A DNA stretch of 64,000 nucleotides. Source: Candidatus Latescibacterota bacterium. GTDB lineage: Bacteria; Latescibacterota; UBA2968; GCA-2709665. Under the pieces are notes generated by a model. It did not search any database, had not been told where the DNA came from, and saw only the letters and a program-made list of their open reading frames with translations. Shown piece after piece: positions 55,825 through 64,000 of this stretch (position 1 is its first letter; each line of letters starts with the position of its first letter). The stretch spans positions 4,128,001 through 4,192,000 of the forward strand of contig OZ242358.1 in NCBI GenBank assembly GCA_965208835.1, written 5' to 3'. The position numbers and the translations under genes are program-made.

Positions 55825-55860
55825 GATAGGCGGCCCTCTCGCTTTCAGAAGCCGCCTATC
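55825..55860 (-). terminator. Intergenic stem-loop downstream of the PorV-like gene
   Basis: GATAGGCGGC...GCCGCCTATC. Confidence 0.45.
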
Positions 55861-55889
55861 GGGTTCACTTCAGTTGCGCTTCCCCGCGA

Positions 55890-56864
55890 TCAGAACGATC
55901 CGGTCACCGAGAACCGCAGGGTCCCGCCGTTGTCGGGGAAATTGTCGAACTTCACGTAGGCGATATCCGCCTGCACGTGATGAATGCCGCGCTGAATCCG
56001 GACGCCCGCCCCGGCGGTAACGTCCTGCGCGTCGTAACCCAGCTTGTAACCGGCCCGAAGCGCGACGATGTTCCGCAGCCAGAGTTCGGCGCCCACGTGC
56101 ATCCGCCGTTCGACGCTGACGCTGTAGAGCGCCTCGACCGCGCCGGTCAGCGAGACGTCTTCCCCGCGTTCCCCGTAGACCTCAGCCGCGGTTGCCATGC
56201 TGAAGAAAACCGGCATCTTGCCCTTGATGGCTTCGTCCGTGAGGAGTACGAGGTCCTTCCCGAAGTTGCGCAGCGACATGCCGATGCGCAGGCTCCGGTA
56301 TCCGGTATGGTAGAACGTGCCGACCGCCAGGTCGAAAACGCGGTAATCGTAACCCGTGTCGAGCTTTTCCTCGATCACCCGCGCCTGGAATCCCACCGAG
56401 AAGCGCTCGGTAAACTGCCTGGCATAGACCCCGCCCACCGCCCAGCTTCCGGTGTCCAGGATCCGGCCGGTTCCCTCCGGATTGAAAATGGTGGTTTCTT
56501 CGATATCGCCCGTATTGAACGCCACCAGACTCAGGGCGAGGGCGCCGTAGTCCGTATTGACGCCGATCGCCGCGGAGTTCAACTGGGACTCCAGGAGCCA
56601 CCTGGTGTTCGTGAATGCGAACTGGAGCCGATTCGGCGTCATGGCCGTGAGCCCTGCGGGATTCCAGAACACGGAATTGATGTCGTCCGCCACGGCCACG
56701 TACGCGTCGCCCATCCCGGCGGCGCGCGCGCTCTGGGAAATTTCCAGGAAGGCCGCGTAGGTCTCGCCCACCGGGGTCTGGTTGGAGATGTCGGCCAACG
56801 CCGGGGCGCCCAGCAAGAGGACGCCGACAAGTGCCGCAAAGCCGATCCGATATATGCGCCTCAT
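55890..56864 (-). CDS. PorV/PorQ family outer-membrane protein
   Basis: FLEI..SARAAGMG, FWNPAGL, LRAGYK; terminal Phe. Confidence 0.85.
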   Translation of the reverse strand: MRRIYRIGFAALVGVLLLGAPALADISNQTPVGETYAAFLEISQSARAAGMGDAYVAVADDINSVFWNPAGLTAMTPNRLQFAFTNTRWLLESQLNSAAIGVNTDYGALALSLVAFNTGDIEETTIFNPEGTGRILDTGSWAVGGVYARQFTERFSVGFQARVIEEKLDTGYDYRVFDLAVGTFYHTGYRSLRIGMSLRNFGKDLVLLTDEAIKGKMPVFFSMATAAEVYGERGEDVSLTGAVEALYSVSVERRMHVGAELWLRNIVALRAGYKLGYDAQDVTAGAGVRIQRGIHHVQADIAYVKFDNFPDNGGTLRFSVTGSF

Positions 56865-56874
56865 GGCGACCTCC

Positions 56875-59403
56875 TTAGCGAATGATGACCAGCTTGGCGC
56901 CCTTCACCTGTCCCTGGGATTCCGACACCAGGGACTCGACGGTGACGAAGTACACGCCGAAGGTCAACTGCGTGATGTGCGTTCTGTTGAACTGGAAGAA
57001 GGCTGCTTCGCCCTCTGTCTGCGAATCGTGGTCGACTTCGCCCACCAGGTCGCCGGCTACCGAGAAGATCCTGATCTTGGCCTTCCTGGGGACATTCAGG
57101 ATGCGGATCTTGGTTGAGCCCTCGTAGGTGTGCGGCGACTCGGGGATGTACGGATTCGGCACAATGAGGATATCCTTTTCCAGCCGGTCCGCGCTGGCCG
57201 TGGGCACCTGCACGGGGCTGTCGGGCGCCGCTCCCGAGGGGGGCAGATAGTACGTGGAAACGTCTCCGATTCCGGATTCGTAGGCCCGGACACCGCCCTC
57301 CACCGTGGCGCCCGTAACCCGGCTGGCGAATCCGGAATTGGCGCTGCCCTGGTAGGAGCGCACGGCATAGTAATACTGGAATCCCGCGAGCGACTCCGTG
57401 TCTTCGTACGCGTATTCCGCGGAGCCGTTCGCCGGTACGTCCTGGATCATCTTCCAGAGGCCCGGCTGGGTCTCGGACTGGTAGACGCGGTAGCCCGCCA
57501 CGTCGGATTGCCCGGTATCCGGATTGATCGACTTCTCCGGGTCGCCCTTCCAGGTAATCAGGTTGCGGGCGTTCTCGGACGAGGACACCGTCGCGTCCAC
57601 GTCGGGAGGCTGGTTGGGCAGGTCGTAACCCAGCGCATAGGCCTCCTTGGCTTTATTGAGGTGGTTGAGCAGATTGGTGAACGCGGCGCCGTTCTCTTCC
57701 TTCTTGAGTTCGCTGGTGTCTCCCGACTTCTGGTAAGCCCGGAAGTTCTCCGTAACCGGTGCGGCCGCCACGTAGGCAAACACGAACTTCACCTTCTGGC
57801 CGGGCACCAGGTCATAGGGGCCGTATGTCTCCAACGGGGTGTAGCCCGCGGCGATGCCGTGCCGCCCCTCCCACTCCCAGGTGGGGATGGGCATATACGG
57901 CATTGGACCTGACGGAACCGCCGGAATCGGGAGCAGCGGCACGCCCAGGTTGGGATTTCCCGAACCCCTGCTCGGGCGTTCCAGAAGCGGTTCGTTGAAA
58001 TAGGACGGTTCCGGCGTGCTGATCAGCATCTGGTAGAGCGTCTCGTGGTTCATCTCATTCGGGTTCGGTTCGTCCGTGAGTAACCCGACGGCGGCCGCCG
58101 CGCTGGACGGATACCGGTACAGAAAATGGAAGAAGTTGTACGAGAACGGCTGCTCAGGAACCTTCGGCGCCTCGTAGGTCTCCGGATCGCCCACGAACCC
58201 GTCCGTGGGATCCACGTCGATCGGGGCCTTGCCGATCCATGCCGGGGACGTGATGTCCCCGACGCCGATAAGACTTGGGAACGTGCACTGCGCGCACCTG
58301 TGTTCGGAGCGGTACGGATCGCCGATATCGTCCGCCAGCGGCCCTGTCAGGCAGAAGTTGTCCCAGTCGTACTGGTACGTCAGCCGGAGGCCGCGCGCGG
58401 ATGCCGGACCGTCGTAATTGGGCGCCTCCGTATACTTGATCTTGTCGTCCTGGGAATTGTCCAGGGGTCCGAAATTGCTGCTGCACCCGTCTCCCGTGCC
58501 GTAGTCGGAATAGTACGCCCTGTAACTGACCCGGGAGACGCCCGCGGATGACGGCAGGAACCGGTGATGGAAGGAAAAATAGACGTTCGTGAGATTGTGC
58601 CCGCCGCCGGCGAGGTCGGCCGCGCGATCGCCGTCGGTATCCCCGGTGTTCTCGAATACCCACTCGGTGATCACGAAATCGTCGTAGTCCGGGTGGTTCC
58701 ACGCAAAGGCCGCCTTCTCACCCGTAATGCCCAGCCCGGTGGTCCACTTGCTCAGAACGATGTCTTCAGGAAAATTGTCGGTGGAAACGTCGTTGTACTG
58801 GCCGATGCGGTAATTCAGGATTTCCCTGGGTTCCAGCGCATCCAACTCCACCCCGGTGCCGGGCCACCAGTTGGCCATCGATCGCCCCGAATTGGGGCTG
58901 ACCACGTCGCTGCCCAGCCCCGCGTACTTGCCCCTGAAGTCCACGCTGGGATCCACCGCCATCGCCACGACGTCTTCGCTTTCTTCCATCGCCGATATGA
59001 GGGGGTTGGCCCAGCTCACCGCGGCCTCGCCGTTCACTCTGGTGGCGATCCACCATCCGTGGCCGCGGCCGTTGTGCGACGTCAGATCCACGTGCATGCT
59101 CCCGGCGCTGCGCTGTTCCCCGTAGTAGGCGGAAAAGTCGTTCGTTCCGCCGCCGCCCCAGCTGATCAGCGCGAACCCCGGATAGGCCAGATCCAGATAG
59201 AGGCCGGCATAGTTCCCTTCCACCGGCCGAGCCCCTTCGGCGCCCGTGCTGAGAAAGCTGTGCCAGAGGGTGCCGCGCGCGAGGTGCCGGGGCGTTAGCG
59301 ATTCACCGGCCAGGTTGGAGATGGTCGCCCGCTGGGCCTCGGCCGGACGCCAGAACGCGCCTGCGATCAGGAGTGCGCCTGTAATGATGGTTATGCGTCT
59401 CAT
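56875..59403 (-). CDS. Secreted protein with an FN3-like domain and a T9SS-type C-terminal sorting domain
   Basis: Signal peptide MRRITII...AEA; VAGYRVY...YYYAVRSY; VPNPY...IRIFSVAGDLV...GVYF...KLVIIR. Confidence 0.75.
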   Translation of the reverse strand: MRRITIITGALLIAGAFWRPAEAQRATISNLAGESLTPRHLARGTLWHSFLSTGAEGARPVEGNYAGLYLDLAYPGFALISWGGGGTNDFSAYYGEQRSAGSMHVDLTSHNGRGHGWWIATRVNGEAAVSWANPLISAMEESEDVVAMAVDPSVDFRGKYAGLGSDVVSPNSGRSMANWWPGTGVELDALEPREILNYRIGQYNDVSTDNFPEDIVLSKWTTGLGITGEKAAFAWNHPDYDDFVITEWVFENTGDTDGDRAADLAGGGHNLTNVYFSFHHRFLPSSAGVSRVSYRAYYSDYGTGDGCSSNFGPLDNSQDDKIKYTEAPNYDGPASARGLRLTYQYDWDNFCLTGPLADDIGDPYRSEHRCAQCTFPSLIGVGDITSPAWIGKAPIDVDPTDGFVGDPETYEAPKVPEQPFSYNFFHFLYRYPSSAAAAVGLLTDEPNPNEMNHETLYQMLISTPEPSYFNEPLLERPSRGSGNPNLGVPLLPIPAVPSGPMPYMPIPTWEWEGRHGIAAGYTPLETYGPYDLVPGQKVKFVFAYVAAAPVTENFRAYQKSGDTSELKKEENGAAFTNLLNHLNKAKEAYALGYDLPNQPPDVDATVSSSENARNLITWKGDPEKSINPDTGQSDVAGYRVYQSETQPGLWKMIQDVPANGSAEYAYEDTESLAGFQYYYAVRSYQGSANSGFASRVTGATVEGGVRAYESGIGDVSTYYLPPSGAAPDSPVQVPTASADRLEKDILIVPNPYIPESPHTYEGSTKIRILNVPRKAKIRIFSVAGDLVGEVDHDSQTEGEAAFFQFNRTHITQLTFGVYFVTVESLVSESQGQVKGAKLVIIR

Positions 59404-59464
59404 TGATTTTCTCCCCGCCTGTTTGCGCCGGGGCAGCCGCGCCGCCCCGGCGTCAGATACATAC

Positions 59465-62400
59465 CTAGAAACCGATCCGCACGCCCGCATTCACGTACCT
59501 CGGCGTTCCGCCGCGCCTGAAATTCGAGTCGCCGTACTTCAGGTAATTGGTGTCGTTCGGCGTGGGCTTCTTCAGGCCCCAGCGCACATAGTTGGAGCCG
59601 GAGGAGCCGTCGTAGAAGGTATTGAACAGGTTGAACACCTCCGCGTACAACGTGGGGGTGGTTTCCCCGATCCTGAACGACTTCTGGAAGTTGAGGTCGG
59701 TCCGGACGAAAATCGGACGGTTGCGGACGGTCTGCACGCTCGTCCCGGGAAGCGTGATCTGGAACTGCCGCCCGTTGTCCAGCCGCCAGACCACGTTGGC
59801 CTGGATGCCGCCCAGGATTTTGGCGCCGCCGATTTCTTCGCCCGGCCCCCAGTCCATCGGCGTGGACCAGAGGAACTGGAAGGAGGCATTCGTGGTGGGC
59901 GGCTGCCCCCGGAACGCGTCCACCTGGCGCCAGACGTCCTCGAACCAGAGGTTCTGCATTTCCTGCTTCTCTGATTCGCTCAGGCCGGGATATTCGCTCC
60001 AGGGACGTATCGCATCGAGCCGGTTCGTGCCCCACCCCCCGACGAAAGTCGTCCCGTCCGCCTGTTTCTTGCGGATCGCCTCGTTCGCCCTGTGGCCGAT
60101 CGTCCGGATTTCATCGTCGGTCAGACGAACAATTTCGTCATTCGCATCGACCGTGAAGTATTTCGAACTGGCAATGAAGTTGGAGTCCGGAAACGTCGTA
60201 ACCTGAAGCTGTGAACCGCCCGACCAGTTGAAGAGCACCCAACTCACGTCCAGGCCCACCCGGAATGAGAAGTTGTTGGAAAATGCCTTCGTGAAACCCA
60301 TCTCGATACCCTTGGTTTCCAGGCGGGCGTTGGGACCGCGGTGACCCACGTAGGTCAGGGTCTGCACCGGATCCGAGAACCGATGCACCCCGCCCGAACC
60401 AACCCGTTCGGTCCGGCGGTAGTAGGTGGAAAGCTCCATCACGAAGTCGCTGACGAAGTTCCACTCCCCGGTCACCTCGAACTCGGCGGTACTCGGCAAC
60501 CCCCCCGGGTTCTGATAGCCGCCGTCGAGGCGCCACTGCCCGCCCCCGATCCAGTTCAGATCGAACCAGACGTCGTCCAGTTCGGGGTGGTTCTGGGCGT
60601 CGGACGTGGTCCAGGGCTCCAGCCACAGCAGGGAGAATTGCGGAGGTTTGTAGTACACGCCGTATGAGTACCGAACGGTGGACCGTTCGGTAATTGGATG
60701 TGACAGACCGATCCGCGGCGACAGGCTCGTCATCGGCCGCGTCTTCGCCAGCGGCACCCGCCCCGTGCGCCAGGCCTTGTAGGTCCTCCAGCCCGGCAGT
60801 GCCTTCATAAAGCCGGACAGAGTCCGCTCGGGCCCGCCCCAGAAGCTGTCGAAGCGAAGGCCTGCGTGCAGCACGAGGCCCTGGAACTCCAGCTTTTCGT
60901 CCACGTACGCGGCCAGCCGGTTCACCGTATACCGCTTGCCGGGCTCGCTGTTGCCGGCCATGATCTTGAGCGTGGCGTTGGTCGCGCTGGACCGGTTGTA
61001 GTCCCAGTTGAGATTGCTCATGTTCTGAAACACGAAACCGGCCTTGAAGAGATTCCGCCGGGTGAGCTGACCGGTGAAGTCGTACCGCAAGCTGTACCTG
61101 TTGTTGTCTTCCACGACGATGCGCCTTCGCTCCCGATCTATATTGAATTGGCCCAGCTTGTCTCTTCGCCATGAGGTTGTCGTGGCGTCCACGTCTTCAC
61201 CCGGGTCCGTCTTCGTACCGTAGTACCCCACCTGGAATTCGTGGAACATCCGGGGGTTGATGCTCTGGGTGCCCGTTACGTAGAAGATCCGGTTGACCCG
61301 GTTCTGCTGGTAACCGGTCGTGCCGTTGATGAGGAAGAGGTTGCCCCCCACCGAACGGTTGGCGTCGCCGAAGAACGTGGGCTCGTTGGACTGATTGAAG
61401 CCCACCTTGACCTTGAGGTTCGGCGACGGGGTGAAGCTGATTTTCCCGAAGATGCTGTGCTGCCGCAGCCCCGTCAGCGTGGGCGCGGGCAGATTGATCT
61501 TGGCGCGGCTGGTTTTGCCGCTCACCACGAACGTGGCGTTCTCGCCCAGAGGACCGCTGACCCATCCCTCCACGAAATGTCCGACCGAACTCTCGTAGTC
61601 CTGCTTGACGTGGATCTGCTGTCCGGTTTCCGGATCCTGTTCGTTCACCCATTCGGGGTTGTTCCACTGCAGCCTGTCGCGCCAGTACCCGTTCGCCCCG
61701 CCGCGCTGCCCCGGCGTGGCGTCGTATATGTTGGCGCCGCGGTGCCGCTTGCCGGGCAATTCCACCCGGAGGTCGAGGCCGCCGCGGTAAATCCGCGTAC
61801 CCTCCCTGCTGATGATGTTCACCACGCCAGCGGGCGACGAGGCCTGTGAGGCGTCCGCCCCGCCCCTGACCAGCCCCATCTCCCCGACGGCGGTTACCGG
61901 CAGGTTCGTGTATTGCCGGACACCCGTCTGCTGCGAGGTGTCCAGGTTCATCAACTCGATGCCGTCGAAGGTCCAGGTCTGCGCCGCGCGCATCGAATAA
62001 TAGCTCATATGCCGGATGCGCACGCCGTTGCCGGGACTGTCGTTCACGTTCGTACCCACGGCGTACTGAAGGTGCTCCCTGACGCCTCTGATGATGGGGA
62101 CCTGTTCGATCTCCTGCGAGGATATCTTCGCCTCGCTGGACGTCCGGTCCACCTCCACCAGGGGCCGCTCGGCCCTCACCACGATTTCCGCGGCCTCCAG
62201 CGCCGATTCCCGGAGCGTGAAATCGGACACCGTCGTCAGGCCCGCGGCCACCTTGACCCGTTCCCGAATCACCGCCTCGTAACCGACAATCGATGCCTTC
62301 AGGGTGTATAGCCCGGGCTCGACACCGATAATGACGTAATACCCTTCGCTGTCGGACGTCGCTCCGAAGCGCGTCCCTTCCACCACGACGTTGGCTCCGG

Positions 62401-62527
62401 GCAGGGTCTCGCCGTCCGCGTCGGTCACCTGTCCGGTAATCTTGCCGTAGAAGGTCTGGGACTGCGCCGGCTCCGCCAGCAGGCATAGCGCCGTAATGAT
62501 GCCCAAAACCAAAAATCCACGCCTCAT
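59465..62527 (-). CDS. TonB-dependent receptor with N-terminal carboxypeptidase-regulatory-like domain
   Basis: AAGGAG SD at MRRGFLV; GKITGQVTD...LPGANV; GVVNII plug; SPRIG; FNLFN; terminal Phe. Confidence 0.88.
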   Translation of the reverse strand: MRRGFLVLGIITALCLLAEPAQSQTFYGKITGQVTDADGETLPGANVVVEGTRFGATSDSEGYYVIIGVEPGLYTLKASIVGYEAVIRERVKVAAGLTTVSDFTLRESALEAAEIVVRAERPLVEVDRTSSEAKISSQEIEQVPIIRGVREHLQYAVGTNVNDSPGNGVRIRHMSYYSMRAAQTWTFDGIELMNLDTSQQTGVRQYTNLPVTAVGEMGLVRGGADASQASSPAGVVNIISREGTRIYRGGLDLRVELPGKRHRGANIYDATPGQRGGANGYWRDRLQWNNPEWVNEQDPETGQQIHVKQDYESSVGHFVEGWVSGPLGENATFVVSGKTSRAKINLPAPTLTGLRQHSIFGKISFTPSPNLKVKVGFNQSNEPTFFGDANRSVGGNLFLINGTTGYQQNRVNRIFYVTGTQSINPRMFHEFQVGYYGTKTDPGEDVDATTTSWRRDKLGQFNIDRERRRIVVEDNNRYSLRYDFTGQLTRRNLFKAGFVFQNMSNLNWDYNRSSATNATLKIMAGNSEPGKRYTVNRLAAYVDEKLEFQGLVLHAGLRFDSFWGGPERTLSGFMKALPGWRTYKAWRTGRVPLAKTRPMTSLSPRIGLSHPITERSTVRYSYGVYYKPPQFSLLWLEPWTTSDAQNHPELDDVWFDLNWIGGGQWRLDGGYQNPGGLPSTAEFEVTGEWNFVSDFVMELSTYYRRTERVGSGGVHRFSDPVQTLTYVGHRGPNARLETKGIEMGFTKAFSNNFSFRVGLDVSWVLFNWSGGSQLQVTTFPDSNFIASSKYFTVDANDEIVRLTDDEIRTIGHRANEAIRKKQADGTTFVGGWGTNRLDAIRPWSEYPGLSESEKQEMQNLWFEDVWRQVDAFRGQPPTTNASFQFLWSTPMDWGPGEEIGGAKILGGIQANVVWRLDNGRQFQITLPGTSVQTVRNRPIFVRTDLNFQKSFRIGETTPTLYAEVFNLFNTFYDGSSGSNYVRWGLKKPTPNDTNYLKYGDSNFRRGGTPRYVNAGVRIGF

Positions 62528-62673
62528 ACGCCAACTCCTTAGCTGATAGATCCGTGTAAGATCCGACCGTCGTACTCTCCTTGCCTTGCGATCCTCTCCA
62601 TAGGCGGTGCTCCCTGTTGACAAACCGGTTGAAGTGGATTCAAACAGTCTTAAGCGGAGCTCCGGAGAGGGGT

Positions 62674-63339
62674 TCATTCGCCCGCGCCGAAGTCCCCCGC
62701 GAAGCTGACAAAGTCCAGGAAGTTGATGGTGTCGTCTCCGTTCAGGTCGAAAACCGGATTGAATTCCGGGTCGCCCCGGCTCCTTCCGAATGCCGCTGCG
62801 AAACTCTCGAAGTCTGAATAGTCGACCTTCCCGTCCGCGTTGAAGTCCGACCGGTGACGCGAAGTCACGGGAATGCTGCTGAAGACTCCGGGATTGCTCA
62901 ACGACAGGATCCGTCCCGGCGCCGGGTCGCCGACCCGCCATGCGCCTGTCGGATCGCCGAGTTCCATGCCGTTCGTGAATCCGTCCCTGTCGGAGTCGAG
63001 CAACGCCAGGCTTGGCCCCCACACCACGTTTCCGGAATACCCGGCCTGGGACAGAAACCCGCTCTTTATCGTCACACCGAAGGCGTTCAGAGGGCCCCCG
63101 CCGCCCGTGTACGTGTGGCAACTGGCGCAGATCGCGTCGCCTTCGTCTACGGCTTCATGCGTCAACTCGGATAGCGGGATGTCCAGCCTTGTCGTTGTCC
63201 TGCCCCTGTCGACGTGGCAGGTGCGGCACCGGGCCGCGTTGGCGTTGGGGACCTGAAAAACCCTTTTGGGCCGCGCCTCGGTTTCCGGGCGGACCAGGAA
63301 TACGAGTATGAGCACAAACGCTGCGGTCCGGGCGCTCAT
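62674..63339 (-). CDS. Secreted protein: temptin-like domain with two CxxCH motifs plus a dockerin-like double EF-hand
   Basis: CRTCH, CASCH; GPLNAFG...DSDRDGFTNGMELGDP; DFNADGKVDYSDF...DLNGDDTINFLDF. Confidence 0.75.
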   Translation of the reverse strand: MSARTAAFVLILVFLVRPETEARPKRVFQVPNANAARCRTCHVDRGRTTTRLDIPLSELTHEAVDEGDAICASCHTYTGGGGPLNAFGVTIKSGFLSQAGYSGNVVWGPSLALLDSDRDGFTNGMELGDPTGAWRVGDPAPGRILSLSNPGVFSSIPVTSRHRSDFNADGKVDYSDFESFAAAFGRSRGDPEFNPVFDLNGDDTINFLDFVSFAGDFGAGE

Positions 63340-64000
63340 TTATCGCATGAAGTACTTGACGCCGACCATCAGGTTGAAACTGAAAATCGGAAACGTCTTC
63401 TTCAGTTCCCAGTCTTCGTAGGGCCTCAATTCGCCCATGGATACGTTCCAGCGGACCCTGAAATCCACGAGAAACTGATCGGACGTGCGCCGGTAGAAGC
63501 CCAGCCCGGTGTTGATGGACAGCGCAACGTCCTCGTCCACCGTGGTTTCCACCATGCCCTGTGCATCCGTCCGGATCTGTTCACCCACCTGCCCCGGCCA
63601 GATCAGACCCGATACCTCGTGGGTATACCTTAAAAACCCGATGCCGGCCGCAATGTACGGAACGCTCTGCCCGACTTGGTCGGGCTTGAGACTGCGCAAT
63701 CCGTTGACCACGATGCCGCCGATCCACATATTTGCCTCGGCGCCGGGACTCTTTATCCTGGATCCGTTCGCGGCCCCGAGACCGTTGTGCCAGGTGAACT
63801 GCCGGTCGGACAGACCGGCGTCCGTCAGCGGCGAGTATGTCAATTCCACTTCCGTCATCGTTCTGTCGGACACCTGGTACGTCAACTGCCCGACAAACGC
63901 CGGCGAAATATTGTACCAGCCCTTGAGCGGCCCGGCGGGCCTCAGCATGGATCCGTGGACGCCAAGCGCGTAGCGCATCTCCTGAGCATGCGTGGCGGAC
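63340..64000 (-). CDS. Outer-membrane beta-barrel protein (5' end outside the window)
   Basis: PYIAAGIG, VDFRVRW, VGVKYF; frame open to the window edge; stop abuts the next ATG. Confidence 0.75.
   Translation of the reverse strand, partial: SATHAQEMRYALGVHGSMLRPAGPLKGWYNISPAFVGQLTYQVSDRTMTEVELTYSPLTDAGLSDRQFTWHNGLGAANGSRIKSPGAEANMWIGGIVVNGLRSLKPDQVGQSVPYIAAGIGFLRYTHEVSGLIWPGQVGEQIRTDAQGMVETTVDEDVALSINTGLGFYRRTSDQFLVDFRVRWNVSMGELRPYEDWELKKTFPIFSFNLMVGVKYFMR

Noticed and set aside
58280-58305. CAQC in the 842-aa secreted protein as a haem site
   Set aside because: Followed by Thr, not His; more likely a disulfide.
62528-63121. Apparent ~200-aa N-terminal extension of the TonB-dependent receptor
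   Set aside because: Overlaps the temptin-like gene in another frame; SD and signal peptide are at 62527.
1-64000. tRNA, rRNA, integrase or transposase genes
   Set aside because: No cloverleaf/T-loop signatures, rRNA-like segments or DDE/tyrosine-recombinase motifs were recognised by eye.

Overview
High-GC bacterial chromosomal window, most likely from an FCB-superphylum lineage such as Latescibacterota/Handelsmanbacteria. This is an inference from the short FCB-type RpoD and from the PorV, GWxTD, DUF2723, DUF6785 and dockerin-like proteins. About 49 CDS are supportable; no rRNA, tRNA, CRISPR array or transposase was seen. Layout: (1) 2.1-12.3 kb, a PVM-like bacterial microcompartment (BMC) locus: PduL, 2 BMC-H, 3 EutN/CcmL, aldehyde dehydrogenase, class II aldolase and a variant acetate kinase, with a GT-C membrane glycosyltransferase and a beta-propeller gene embedded in it. 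(2) 12.3-24.5 kb, housekeeping/envelope genes: DegP, RpoD, DUF2723, rhomboid, M23 peptidase, PpiD, cytidylate-kinase-like. (3) 24.9-30.1 kb, heparinase II/III, AraD1/GguC and two amidohydrolases. (4) 30.2-40.9 kb, an unassigned amino-sugar-type cluster (DegT aminotransferase, oxidoreductase, three deacetylase-like proteins, nucleotidyltransferase-like protein, propeller) interrupted by a MNT-HEPN toxin-antitoxin pair. (5) 41.1-64 kb, a 23-kb co-oriented PUL-like locus: OM barrel, temptin-like di-haem/dockerin protein, TonB-dependent receptor, CTD-bearing secreted protein, PorV, GWxTD-TPR, TonB, three BHMT-like homocysteine methyltransferases (one lacking all zinc-binding cysteines), two GH109-like oxidoreductases, two DUF6785 transporters and an FG-GAP protein. 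Region 5 is the best candidate for an undescribed system. Intergenic DNA carries three MITE families, a heptamer-flanked element, nested CGTC-type mini-repeats and GTAG REPs. A strong-SD start-stop (ATG-TAG) mini-ORF lies upstream of rpoD. All product calls come from motif recognition by eye; no database search was run.
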